In this document: positions 18,153 through 27,882 of the stretch, one piece after another
Numbering within the stretch: position 1 is the first letter of the stretch
Layout: every line of letters starts with the position of its first letter
IMG/VR virus record: IMGVR_UViG_3300050016_000047
Span: 32,443-96,442 of that record
Source: a virus
Reading direction: 5' to 3' (one strand)
DNA length: 64,000 bases
The notes under the pieces: model-generated
Told to the model about the DNA's origin: nothing
Databases searched by the model: none
Seen by the model: the letters and a program-made list of their open reading frames with translations, nothing else
Made by a program: the position numbers and the translations under genes

Positions 18153-20721
18153 ATGAGTTACTCCCCGGCTTCGATTTTGACCTCTGGCTCGCTACCGAAC
18201 CTAGTTGCTATTCACTATGAACGGTCAAGCATTCCAAACTTGAAAGCTCAAACTCCTTTCATGTCAATGACGAAGCAAAAACCGTTGCCGCTGCGAAGTG
18301 GTAACCAAATCCAGTTTTATACTTATGCTCTCTTGGCTGCTAATACCAACCAAGCCGCAGAAGGTACCGTAGGAAGTCCTATCTCCGAAAGCACCACAAA
18401 AATCGTGGCGACTATCGGTCAGTACGCGGACTTCATCAACTCTTCAGACCTAGCTATGGACGTAGCGATTGACGATCCGTCGTTGCTCCAGAACCTATCA
18501 GACGAGTTGAACTACCGCCTAGCCCTAACACTAAACTCACTAGTACAGCTAACCGCTGATAGCGCGACAGGTGTTGACGGCAGCGTAAACATCCAACTAG
18601 CAGCGGGTTCATACCTAACTGCAAATAACATCCGTACTGCGGCCCAGCAACTAGCTGGCGTGAACGCCCGTCCTCTAACTAAGGATGGCTACATGGGCGG
18701 AATCATCCATAAAATAGCAGCATAATTAGGGGTGGATGATATAAACGACGACTAATGCCCTACGTCGTTCACGATAAACTTCAAAATGTCGTGAAACTTA
18801 AATTCAGCTATATCGGTGGAACTCTCAACAGAGACAATACCGAGGGAAGATACCATTGGAACATTCATTAACAGATTTGGCGTATGCAGCAGGAATTATA
18901 GACGGTGAAGGTAGTATACTAATACTTCGCGGAGTCGGCTATAATAGAAAAGGCGAACCATATAAAAGATACGGTTGCCGAGTATCTGTTAGCATGACAG
19001 ACAAACTTGTTCCTGAATGGCTTCATAAAAATTTCGGCGGTTCTTTTTATTTTCGCCAAATGAAAGGTGCTTGGAAAGACCAGCACATTTGGATGATAAC
19101 GAATAGAAACGTAAGACTGTTCATCGCGGCTATAAAGCCGTTTCTTAAGACTAAATCTAAACAAGCTGATTTAGTTTTGGAATACCTAGACCATGTTCAA
19201 GAAAATAATCCCGAATATCGGGAATTGATGGTAGGTAGAATGAAAGAATTAAATCGAAAAGGTAAACCCGTAACGACTAATACGCTGAACAATCCGCAAA
19301 ACGGATTGAAGATAGAGTCTGAACTTTTGGGAGACCAAAAGAGCGACCCGATTGTGAAATCGGCGGTAGCAACAGTTTAGCTACAGTGACTTTAAAAAGC
19401 ACTTCCAAAACACCTTGGTTTTGAATGATACCTCCAGCAACGGACTAAGTGATATTCTAAAACGTAACGAGAGCACAGTCGGTAAGCTATTTGCTCCTGT
19501 TTCCAACGAGGATACCATTGAGTTCGCGGGTGTTCGGTTAACAAAAGCTGCTTAAGCCGAATTAAAATCTAACTATATCGGTGAAGACCTTGATTATTTG
19601 CAAAAAGTGCAATCAACCAAAACAACCAAGTGAAATGGATAAAGGCCGAGAAGGTCGGCCAAATCTATCTACTTGTGCAAAGTGTCGCTATAAGAAACAA
19701 GCGGACTGGAAGAGAAATCATCCCAAAGTTCGTCTTGTTAATTTTGCCAAACACCGCGCCAAAGAAAAAGGTTTAGATTGTACAATAACCCACAACGATT
19801 TTGAAATTCCAGAGTTTTGCCCTGCAACCGGCATTAAGTTGGAAATAGGAGTCGGAAAACTACACGATGCTTCTCCAACCCTTGACAGATTTATTCCAGC
19901 GTTAGGTTATGTACCGGGAAATGTAGTTGTTATCTCGTACAAAGCCAATCGAATTAAGAACAACGGAACTGCCAAAGACTTAGAGAATGTAGCAAAGTGG
20001 ATGAAGCAAGTTCAAGAAAATACCGAGGGAAGACTGTCCGCAAAACGGACGGAACCCGTAGAGGCTAATACGTTAGACAGTGCCTTTGAAAAAGATGCAC
20101 TGAAGATAGAGTCCGACCTTACAGGTGACTGTAAGAGAACGTCAGTGGTGACACTGGCGGCAACGGCACATAGATTAGATGTAGTTAACTACTGGCCGTA
20201 ATAACAAAGCTGTTAAGCAGACCACAACCGCTCCAACCGCAACCATCTCCAGCCAGACATACTACAATACGTATATCTTCGCTGACGATGCTATTTTCTC
20301 CGTGTTCTTGGGTAAGAATCCTGAGACTGGCGAGAAGAACTATAAATTAATGATACAAGAAGCGCCAATGTCGGGTTCAGTTTCCGACCCAGCAAGGCAG
20401 ATTGGTGGATGGGTAAGCTATTAATTATAGTAGCTTTGCAGAGTAATCTGCATCGAACACAAGGCTATATCGGTGAAACACTCTTTGAGTCAATACCGAG
20501 GGAAGGCCGCGAAAGCGGAACCCGTAGAGACTACACGCCTTGCTCCTTATTTTAAGGATGATGATATAGTCCGTTCTGCATGGCGACATGCAGAGAGTAG
20601 CAGAAATGACTACTCTCGCTATCAAGCGATAACAATTAAGAATACCCGTTATACGAACACCCTTAGGCCGGGATCAACAATGGTGCTTCGCCGACTGCAA
20701 TCACAAACTTCCAGTTCCTAA
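18153..20721 (+). CDS. major capsid protein (N4-gp56-like), spliced: join(18153..18710,18758..18775,19418..19538,20213..20421,20641..20721)
   Basis: Exons total 987 nt = 328 aa plus stop, in frame, reading ...GGIIH/PYVVHD/VLNDTSS...FAGVR/FKQTTT...GWVSY/NTRY... This restores the IHP..D and GVRF motifs. Every junction follows the U|...G| group I rule. Confidence 0.85.
18711..18757 (+). ncRNA. 47-nt core-less group I-like mini-intron
   Basis: IGS TAGGG|GTGGATGAT (18727-18740) pairs with 5' exon ATCATCCAT (U.G at the splice site) and 3' exon CCCTA; ends in G. Confidence 0.75.
18776..19417 (+). mobile_element. group I intron with LAGLIDADG homing endonuclease
   Basis: IGS TTCAAAAT|GTCGTGAA pairs with both exons; core CTATATCGGTG, AATACCGAGGGAAG, CCCGTAACGACTAATACG, GATAGAGTC; terminal G. 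Confidence 0.9.
18856..19380 (+). CDS. intron-encoded LAGLIDADG endonuclease
   Basis: LAYAAGIIDGEGSI motif; FGG; PFLKTKSKQA. Confidence 0.9.
   Translation: MEHSLTDLAYAAGIIDGEGSILILRGVGYNRKGEPYKRYGCRVSVSMTDKLVPEWLHKNFGGSFYFRQMKGAWKDQHIWMITNRNVRLFIAAIKPFLKTKSKQADLVLEYLDHVQENNPEYRELMVGRMKELNRKGKPVTTNTLNNPQNGLKIESELLGDQKSDPIVKSAVATV
19539..20212 (+). mobile_element. group I intron with HNH-type endonuclease
   Basis: IGS CTGCTTAA|GCCGAA pairs with TTCGGT and TTAAGCAG; same core elements as the preceding intron; terminal G 20212. Confidence 0.9.
19581..20201 (+). CDS. intron-encoded HNH-family endonuclease
   Basis: CxxC zinc finger; CPATG, SPTLDRFIPALGYVPGNV..IS.KAN..K motif. Confidence 0.85.
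   Translation: MKTLIICKKCNQPKQPSEMDKGREGRPNLSTCAKCRYKKQADWKRNHPKVRLVNFAKHRAKEKGLDCTITHNDFEIPEFCPATGIKLEIGVGKLHDASPTLDRFIPALGYVPGNVVVISYKANRIKNNGTAKDLENVAKWMKQVQENTEGRLSAKRTEPVEANTLDSAFEKDALKIESDLTGDCKRTSVVTLAATAHRLDVVNYWP
20422..20640 (+). ncRNA. ORF-less group I intron (219 nt)
   Basis: P1 AAGCTAT/GTAGCTT with U.G; CTATATCGGTGAA, AATACCGAGGGAAG, CCCGTAGAGACTACACG, GATATAGTC; terminal G. Confidence 0.9.
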
Positions 20722-20743
20722 AGAATTGGAATACAAAGGAAAA

Positions 20744-20766
20744 GGGAGTGGCCCGAATCCACTCCC
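20744..20766 (+). terminator. hairpin after capsid gene
   Basis: GGGAGTGG-N7-CCACTCCC; weak U-tract. Confidence 0.4.
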
Positions 20767-20826
20767 GATTCCAACTCGTTCCATTAATGAAAATGATGGG
20801 AGTTGGAGTATAAAAAGGAGTATAAA

Positions 20827-23001
20827 ATGGATTATTATGTTGCACCGAATGGAGTAGCAATAGGCTCTGGAGCAATAGACAGCCCTTGGGATATCACAAC
20901 CGCGTTCAATAGTAAAGGTCATGTTATCCAGCCCGGTGATACGCTATATATTCGCGGCGGAGTTTATCTAAGTCCCGGTAATTATACGTGGTGGCCTGTA
21001 TTGATAGGCGTGCCCGGCAATCCTATCTACGTCCGATCTTACCCCGGCGAACGGGCTTCGCTCGATATGCAAAATGGCGGCGATATTTTAATCTTCGATG
21101 ACGTTAATAGAGTAGGAAACAATCGCGGTAACGTTCAGTATGTGGAGTTTTGGGACCTTGAGATATTCTCCTCCAACGGTAACCGCTCCGGTGGCATTCC
21201 AGAACTACAAGTCGGTGGTCCAGGCGTTGTTTTCATCCATTGTTACGTTCATGACTTAGCGAATTGGATTTTCCAACAAGGTGCTAAGGACTCTGGAGCG
21301 TACGGAAATATTATTCTCGACTTCGGCTGGCTTGAGCCGGATCGTGGTCATGGTCATAACCTATACATTGAGAACGATGGTTCAAATGGTTCAACAAAAA
21401 CATTTGAGAACAATATCATCGGTGTATCCTACGACATTACCGTACAGGAGTTTGGTACGGCAGCGTTGACAGAAAACATCAACTTCTTCAAGAACACCGT
21501 GTTCGATGGTGGAGCCAAGGTCGGTGGGGCCAGCATTCAGTTTATGATTGGTCAGAACCGGCCAAAGGGTATTCGCGTCAATGAAAATACCTTCTTCGTA
21601 TCAGATATATATGGTTCCGGCGCGGTAGATTTTGGCTGGCCGTGGGATGTTGAGAACCACGATGTTGAAGTTCTGGACAACTACATCGTTGGCCCTTCGG
21701 TTGATCTGCGTAACTGGGACTATGCCAACTTCCAGCGCAACCACATCTTCTCACGCAATACCGACAGCCAGTTGAACGTCTGGACTTACACTCCATCGAA
21801 TCCTCCACAGAGCACAAAGAACTGGCTTATGGACAACAACGAGTACGGTGCTGGAACACTTCGCCTCGCCAGTGGCCATATAGACAACAACGGGGCACCA
21901 GCCACCGATACCAATCAGGGATATACCGACATAGTTCCTTGGCGTGCAGCAACCGGAGTAGATGCGAACTCCACATTCAATGCCAAGCCACAACTAGTTG
22001 TCAGGATAAATCCAAGTACAAGAATGCTAGGGCGTATTCACATTACAATATTAAACCCAGACTCCTTACCAACGGTTCCAGTGGACTTTAGCGGAATTAC
22101 CGATCTACATGATGGTGACAAGTACGAACTTAGAGATGCTCAGAACTTCTATGGACCGGCAATACAAACTGGTGTATGGAGCTCTGCTGCTGCTACTCTT
22201 ATCGTACCTGCTACTGGACTTGTACGCAAGGCTTTCACCGGAGCAGCTAACGTTCCGCATACCGCTCCAAAACTTCTCACGTTTGTGTTGCTAGCAGGAA
22301 CCGCTCTAAGTGGTGGTTGGGCTCCAATACCTGGACAGCCTGTACCAACGCCAAGTCCGATTCCGATTCCAGTACCTATTCCACCAAAACCAGTAGGAGG
22401 ACCAATGGTCGTAAACTTATTTACCGCAAATCCAATATCCCTTCCAGCAGGCGGAGGAACCGTTGCGCTGTCATGGGATGTCTCAGGTGTTGTTAGTTTA
22501 AGTCTGACCAGCGACCAAGGCTTGCAAGGAGGCTTGGAGCCGCTCGTAAAGACTACCGGACAACTTTCCGTTAAACAAACGACAGTTTTCACCTTGACCG
22601 GATCAGATAACACTACAGCTACGCTGACCGTCACGGTTGCCGGTGTTCCCGCTCCTACGCCGACACCCACTCCAACTCCTACTCCTACGCCAACTCCGAC
22701 GCATAGCGCCACGTTAAATTGGTCAGTAAGTCCAGATGCTGATGCTGGCTACAACATCTATCGTAACGGCGTAAAGATTGCCACTGTTGCTACACCCTCA
22801 TACATTGATCATGCTGTTGTTGCTGGAACAACATATATTTACGCTGTTAGTACCGCAGCCAGTGCAACAGGGAGCGAAAGTAACATGTCAACTAATGTGT
22901 CCGCTGCAATTCCATCAGATCCGACACCAGATCCCCCGACGCCACCTGCACCGTTGCCACAACACACGGCACCGACAAACTTAACCGTCACCGTACAGTA
23001 G
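20827..23001 (+). CDS. parallel beta-helix protein with Pro/Thr linkers and fibronectin-III-like domain
   Basis: YYVAPNG..G....PW, IQPGDTLYIRGGVY, (PT)n linker, YNIYRNG..YAVS FN3 motif. Confidence 0.8.
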   Translation: MDYYVAPNGVAIGSGAIDSPWDITTAFNSKGHVIQPGDTLYIRGGVYLSPGNYTWWPVLIGVPGNPIYVRSYPGERASLDMQNGGDILIFDDVNRVGNNRGNVQYVEFWDLEIFSSNGNRSGGIPELQVGGPGVVFIHCYVHDLANWIFQQGAKDSGAYGNIILDFGWLEPDRGHGHNLYIENDGSNGSTKTFENNIIGVSYDITVQEFGTAALTENINFFKNTVFDGGAKVGGASIQFMIGQNRPKGIRVNENTFFVSDIYGSGAVDFGWPWDVENHDVEVLDNYIVGPSVDLRNWDYANFQRNHIFSRNTDSQLNVWTYTPSNPPQSTKNWLMDNNEYGAGTLRLASGHIDNNGAPATDTNQGYTDIVPWRAATGVDANSTFNAKPQLVVRINPSTRMLGRIHITILNPDSLPTVPVDFSGITDLHDGDKYELRDAQNFYGPAIQTGVWSSAAATLIVPATGLVRKAFTGAANVPHTAPKLLTFVLLAGTALSGGWAPIPGQPVPTPSPIPIPVPIPPKPVGGPMVVNLFTANPISLPAGGGTVALSWDVSGVVSLSLTSDQGLQGGLEPLVKTTGQLSVKQTTVFTLTGSDNTTATLTVTVAGVPAPTPTPTPTPTPTPTPTHSATLNWSVSPDADAGYNIYRNGVKIATVATPSYIDHAVVAGTTYIYAVSTAASATGSESNMSTNVSAAIPSDPTPDPPTPPAPLPQHTAPTNLTVTVQ

Positions 23002-23011
23002 TTCACACAAC

Positions 23012-23035
23012 AGGGGGAATCGAAAGATTCCCCCT
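23012..23035 (+). terminator. GAAA-loop hairpin, probable terminator
   Basis: AGGGGGAATC-GAAA-GATTCCCCCT perfect 10-bp stem after the stop codon. Confidence 0.6.
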
Positions 23036-23068
23036 AGTAATACAATTAAAGCTGGAGAGAGAGAGAAA

Positions 23069-23350
23069 ATGCTACCACACTTTGACGGTACTGTTACTCT
23101 TGGTAATCTTCTTGAGCTTATAGGACTTTTGGTATTTGGATTACTTGCTTGGAGAGATATGAATTGGCGAATGAAAATTCAAGAAGAATTTAAAGCAGCG
23201 CAACTTGTAATTAATTTAAAGCGTGATGATCAATTAGTTCAACAGGAAAAAGATCTTAGCCTTGTTCGTGAAGCAATTGTTCAACTTACTGCCATGAATC
23301 AAGGACAAGATCGAAGACTTATACTACTTGAAAATCGCCAATATAGATAG
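23069..23350 (+). CDS. small membrane/coiled-coil protein
   Basis: N-terminal TM segment followed by coiled coil. Confidence 0.55.
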   Translation: MLPHFDGTVTLGNLLELIGLLVFGLLAWRDMNWRMKIQEEFKAAQLVINLKRDDQLVQQEKDLSLVREAIVQLTAMNQGQDRRLILLENRQYR

Positions 23351-23516
23351 AATTCTACCAGAACTGGGATACGTAAAAGGCAACGTGGCTGTTATGTCGT
23401 TTAGAGCAAACTCTCTAAAACGAGACGGATATTTAAAAGAATTTAAGTTATTAGTAAGTTGGTTGGAAGAACAAGAACTTCGCAGGATTGGCTCAGCGGC
23501 GACGGCAGCAGTTTAG
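23328..23516 (+). pseudogene. C-terminal fragment of HNH endonuclease
   Basis: IDRILPELGYVKGNVAVMSFRANSLK aligns with the intron HNH at 19581; N-terminus missing. Confidence 0.75.
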
Positions 23517-23723
23517 TCCGCAAAACGGACAGAGAATAAAAATGTCTGACGAAATGTACGCCTTGGTAGGCACTGAAACAAAAGAAATTATCGTGGACAA
23601 GATTCCGTGCGGAAGAAGCATAACAACAGTTTATAGAGATTCTGCGGGCGACGTAGTTCGCCGCGACGTGAATATAGAAGTAGACGAAGGTATTATCATG
23701 GGTATCAAGGACGGTAAACTTTA

Positions 23724-24446
23724 ATGAGTATCACTCAAGCCATTGCGAATTCTTTTAAAACACAACTACTAACCGCGTCTCACAACTTTTCTGTGTTGAC
23801 CGGAACCAACACAGTCTCGTCCGTAGCTGCGGCATCCGGTACGTTGGGTCCAGGTGGCACCGCTACTACTGTGTACACTGGAACCATGACAAACGCCGCG
23901 ACTAACGGATATGTCGGCATGACTATTACGTTTACTGGATTCGCCACGGCAGCAAACAACGGAACGTTTCTTTGTGTCGCATCCACCAGTACCACGCTTA
24001 CTGTGACGAACCCTAACGGAGCTAACTCCGGTGCCATGGGTACTATATACGCCACGCAAGATGTGTTTGCGATAGCTATGTATACGTCTTCGGCGACTCT
24101 TTCAAAATCTACTACAGCGTATACGTCTTCTAACGAAGTCGGTTCGTCCGGCACATACGTTACCGGCGGAATCGGACCACAAGGCAACCTTGTCGGAAAC
24201 GCGATGGCGCTGGTAAGTACCACACCAGTGCTATCCACTGACACGGCGTGTTGCTTATTCGCTACTATCGCTTGGACTTCAGCTACTATCACCGCTCGCG
24301 GAGCACTTATTTATAATGCTTCCCTTGGCGGACAACCAGCGGTTGTAGTCCTTGACTTCGGCGCTGATAAAACCTCTACCGCTGGAACGTTTACAATTAC
24401 CTTTCCGGCGCAAACGGCAAGCAACGCGATTATACAATTAGCATAA
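23724..24446 (+). CDS. conserved phage structural protein
   Basis: ITQAIANSFK...TARGALIYN...VLDFGADKTST..FTI.FP pattern. Confidence 0.7.
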   Translation: MSITQAIANSFKTQLLTASHNFSVLTGTNTVSSVAAASGTLGPGGTATTVYTGTMTNAATNGYVGMTITFTGFATAANNGTFLCVASTSTTLTVTNPNGANSGAMGTIYATQDVFAIAMYTSSATLSKSTTAYTSSNEVGSSGTYVTGGIGPQGNLVGNAMALVSTTPVLSTDTACCLFATIAWTSATITARGALIYNASLGGQPAVVVLDFGADKTSTAGTFTITFPAQTASNAIIQLA

Positions 24447-24455
24447 AGGTTTAGA

Positions 24456-26531
24456 GTGGCCTACGCTTACTCGCAAAAAATAACCATAGACCACACCAAG
24501 GTCCCGAACACCGACCAAACGAATTACCCGCTGACATTCTACGGGACTTACGCGGCGTTAGCTACTGTTGCGAATGGCGGTAACGTTGTCAATACCGCCA
24601 CAGTTAATGGTCTGGTTGTTCCTACAGATTTAATCTTTACATCTGATTCTGCTTTAACAACCATACTTAGTTACGAAGTTGCATTCTATGATGCAACGAC
24701 GGGTAAAATTGAAGCCCACATACTTATAGCAACTCTGTCTCACACGGCAGACACGTTAATTTATTTGGGTGCCGGAAATGCGGCAGTTACCACATTCCAA
24801 GGCGGTTCGGTCGGCTCGGCTTGGAACAGCGGTTTTAAGTTCGTTGCCCATCTTTCTGATGGAACAACACTGTCTGGTAAGGATTCGACTAGTAACGCAA
24901 ACAACCTTTCAGGACAGGACGGATCACCGTCCGCTGTCGCCGGAAAACTTGACGGTGGCATGGCGACCAGCAGCAGCGATTTGCGAGCACCTGACGCAGC
25001 ATCTCTCCAACCAACGAATATTACGGTTGAGCTGTGGGTAAACAGTTCCTCTCCCGGTTCTTACATTTTAAGCAAGTTGTATGCCGTCGGTGGTATCGCC
25101 AGCTATGCGATGTACACTAGTTTCTCTTCCACTTCCATATATTTCTACGTATCGGATGGAAGTTCTCTAACGAAATCTCCTAACGGGGGAAACGTCTGGG
25201 ATGGGAACTGGCACTACGTCGTAGGAACGTGGGACGGTACAACAGCAACTATTTATGCGGATGCAACTTCGGGCGGCGGCACAGCCGGGGCCAGAACAGC
25301 AGCATACACTGCCTCAAACCTTTATCTCGGTTCTTTTGACGGCACGTCTTCCAGCCTTTATTACAACGGCAGCATGGATGAAGTGCGAATTTCAAACGTC
25401 GTCCGTTCCGCCGACTGGATTACTACCACATACAACAACCAGTCCAGTCCATCCACGTTTTATACACTTAGTTCCAATGGCGGAACTAATATAACCGTTT
25501 CTGTAACGGGTTCTAGTATGACTGGTTCTATTGGCACTGTTACTGAAACCGGAACTGCAAACGTATCTCCTTCTGGAAGCAGCCTTACTTTTTCAATCGG
25601 TACACCAACAAAAACTGGAACGGCGAACGTAACGTCAAGCGGTAACAGCCTTACCTTTTCAATCGGCACTACTACAAATACCGGAACAGCTAATGTAACT
25701 CCAATTGGCAACAGTCTTACTTTTTCCATAGGCACTCCTACTAAAACAGGAACCGCGAATGTTTCACCAACTGGAAGTGTTATAACAGGTTCGGTTGGAA
25801 CCACTACTGAAACAGGTTCGGCGAATGTATCTCCTTCCGGCTCCGCGTTAACGCTTTCTGTTGGAAACGTTACAGCTTCCAGTAATGTAAGCATATCAGT
25901 AAGCGGAAACAGCGTTACCGCAAGCATTGGAACACTGTCTATAACCGGAAACTCCTCAGTGAGTCCTTCCGGTGTAGTGATAACTAGTTCTGCCGGAACT
26001 GTAGTTGTTTCTGGTAATGCAACCGCAGTTTTAAGTGGAAACCTAATTACAGGTGCTATAGGAACTGTTACTATTACAGGTAGCGCCACTATATCTGTAA
26101 ACGGGAACGTTATAACTTGTTCTGCCGGAACCGTAACTGTAAGCACTGGCGGAAATATAACCGTTAATGTTACCGGAAGTTCTATGTCTTTTAGCATAGG
26201 AACGCCGTCTATCTCCGGTTCAGCGAACGTGAGTACTACTGGTAGTTCTCTTGCGTTGCAGGCCGGAAACATAACCATATCCGGCAATGCAAATGTGTCC
26301 GTAAGCGGAAACCTATTAACTTCCGCATCCGGAACAGTGTTAATCGTCGGGAATGCAAACGTATCCGTAAACGGAAACTTAATCACTTCTGGTGTTCATA
26401 GCGTATCCATAGGTGGTAACGCGATAGTACTTACCACTGGAAACGTTATCACGGCTGCTGTTGGAAATGTCAACATCATAGTACCCGGAACTCTAGTATA
26501 CATAATTCGCGTAATTAATAAAAGTAACTAA
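24456..26531 (+). CDS. LamG/concanavalin-like (DUF2341-type) protein with C-terminal ~20-aa tandem repeats
   Basis: WHYVVGTWDG, MDEVRISNVVRSADWI..YNNQ; repeated TGTANVSPSGSSLTFSIGT. Confidence 0.8.
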   Translation: MAYAYSQKITIDHTKVPNTDQTNYPLTFYGTYAALATVANGGNVVNTATVNGLVVPTDLIFTSDSALTTILSYEVAFYDATTGKIEAHILIATLSHTADTLIYLGAGNAAVTTFQGGSVGSAWNSGFKFVAHLSDGTTLSGKDSTSNANNLSGQDGSPSAVAGKLDGGMATSSSDLRAPDAASLQPTNITVELWVNSSSPGSYILSKLYAVGGIASYAMYTSFSSTSIYFYVSDGSSLTKSPNGGNVWDGNWHYVVGTWDGTTATIYADATSGGGTAGARTAAYTASNLYLGSFDGTSSSLYYNGSMDEVRISNVVRSADWITTTYNNQSSPSTFYTLSSNGGTNITVSVTGSSMTGSIGTVTETGTANVSPSGSSLTFSIGTPTKTGTANVTSSGNSLTFSIGTTTNTGTANVTPIGNSLTFSIGTPTKTGTANVSPTGSVITGSVGTTTETGSANVSPSGSALTLSVGNVTASSNVSISVSGNSVTASIGTLSITGNSSVSPSGVVITSSAGTVVVSGNATAVLSGNLITGAIGTVTITGSATISVNGNVITCSAGTVTVSTGGNITVNVTGSSMSFSIGTPSISGSANVSTTGSSLALQAGNITISGNANVSVSGNLLTSASGTVLIVGNANVSVNGNLITSGVHSVSIGGNAIVLTTGNVITAAVGNVNIIVPGTLVYIIRVINKSN

Positions 26532-26548
26532 AGTAATTAAGGAGTCTC

Positions 26549-26938
26549 ATGTCTGTAACAGGAACATTTCAAGGTCAAATCTTAGGTAACGACTCTACCG
26601 TTGCTCCCGGTACACCACAAGTTCCCAAAGCCGTAAACGGTCAGTACACAGGAACCGTGACTGAGTTTGCGAATGCTCTGGTGGTAGGGACTTCTCCAGT
26701 CTCTTTGGGACTGTTGGCATCGCCCGCGCAATTTGTATACATAAAAAATATCTCCACCAGCACTCAAACCATAACCGTAACTTGGACTCCTAACGGCGGC
26801 TCTACAGCAACCATATTAGTTCTTCAGCCACTAGGTTTTATATTTTTCGTAGAACCGGATGCGGTAAAAGGTATTTCAGCTTTAACTGTTACATCTTCTG
26901 CTTCAGCAGGTAGTATTGAATACTATATCGTCGGCTAG
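26549..26938 (+). CDS. putative structural protein
   Basis: 129 aa, beta-rich, GGAG RBS. Confidence 0.55.
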   Translation: MSVTGTFQGQILGNDSTVAPGTPQVPKAVNGQYTGTVTEFANALVVGTSPVSLGLLASPAQFVYIKNISTSTQTITVTWTPNGGSTATILVLQPLGFIFFVEPDAVKGISALTVTSSASAGSIEYYIVG

Positions 26939-26956
26939 CTATTTAAAGGATAGAAA

Positions 26957-27265
26957 ATGAGCACACCTCAGATTGACCATTTACCGCCGCAAAATCTTTT
27001 AGACTTAGCTAGAAATGAATCCGCCATGACTGCGGTTCGTATTCGCGCGGCTGAGTTACTTATAGACGGTGGCTACAAACAAGCAAACCATCCAGACATA
27101 GTTGATCTTGTTTGGACAATTAAGAATAATCGCGCACAGGGTAAAGACGAAAAACTCGAACCTTCTCCCGAAAAGTTTGTTCCCGCACCTAGTCCGGAAG
27201 GCGGACTGCGAGCAAGTGTAACTACCGAAAGTCTTCTTCAAGACAGTTTTAAGTTAGAGGAATAA
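26957..27265 (+). CDS. hypothetical protein
   Basis: ORF with RBS, coupled to the next gene. Confidence 0.5.
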   Translation: MSTPQIDHLPPQNLLDLARNESAMTAVRIRAAELLIDGGYKQANHPDIVDLVWTIKNNRAQGKDEKLEPSPEKFVPAPSPEGGLRASVTTESLLQDSFKLEE

Positions 27266-27882
27266 TGAAAACTATTGTCTTGTACGCCGCGCGGCACGGT
27301 ACGACTACTTTAAATCAGCAAAATTGCTTTCGCGGAAAGATAAACGTTCCTCTTGATAAAGACGGCATACGAGACGCACACAAACTCGCCTTCCTGTTTA
27401 AACCAATAGAAATGTCCGGAGTTATAGCTTCAGACAAAGAACGTTCCGCGCATACCGCAAGAATAATATGCTCAGAACAAGACCACACTCCGGTTCTAAC
27501 AGACGCCTTACATCCTCTAGATGTTGGCATGTTTACAGGTAAACCCAAGGACGCTCAAACTCGTGAAGAACTAGACTACTATATTAAACACCCGGACGAG
27601 AGTATTCCAGATGGCGAAAGTCTTAATGAGTTTAGAAATCGTGTTCGCCCAGCACTTCAGGAAGCAATGGAAATAGGTAACGCCAAAGGTTCTCCAATTT
27701 TACTAGTAGTTCATTCCAGTGTCATACACGAAATAGGAACGGCTATAAATGGAGATAATGTTTCGTGTTTAGTAAAACCCGGAGGAGTTATTGCAGTATG
27801 CGTTGAGAACGGCGAGTTTCACGCAGAACCTATTTTTAAACCTAAAGAAGAAACTTCAAACACCGCAGATTCGATTAGTTAA
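27265..27882 (+). CDS. histidine phosphatase family protein
   Basis: ARHGTT..N motif, PDGES, LVVHS. Confidence 0.9.
   Translation: MKTIVLYAARHGTTTLNQQNCFRGKINVPLDKDGIRDAHKLAFLFKPIEMSGVIASDKERSAHTARIICSEQDHTPVLTDALHPLDVGMFTGKPKDAQTREELDYYIKHPDESIPDGESLNEFRNRVRPALQEAMEIGNAKGSPILLVVHSSVIHEIGTAINGDNVSCLVKPGGVIAVCVENGEFHAEPIFKPKEETSNTADSIS

Noticed and set aside
18747-18756. ACGACTAAT in the mini-intron as a retained P7 strand (matches the intron 2 R element)
   Set aside because: A 9-nt match with no partner strand inside the insert may be coincidence, so it was not used as evidence.
18708-18760. Ribosomal bypassing (T4 gene 60-like hop) over the 47-nt gap
   Set aside because: There is no matching take-off/landing codon (CAT versus ATG before CCC) and no stop immediately after take-off. 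The IGS, U.G pair and terminal G fit splicing far better.
20473-20721. 82-aa ORF in the track
   Set aside because: It is the core of intron 4 read in frame into capsid exon 5, not a separate gene.
25460-26386. Long antisense ORFs (also 45180-46079, 22149-22712 and others)
   Set aside because: These are shadows of low-complexity Thr/Ser/Gly- or Pro-rich sense genes, with no RBS or motifs.
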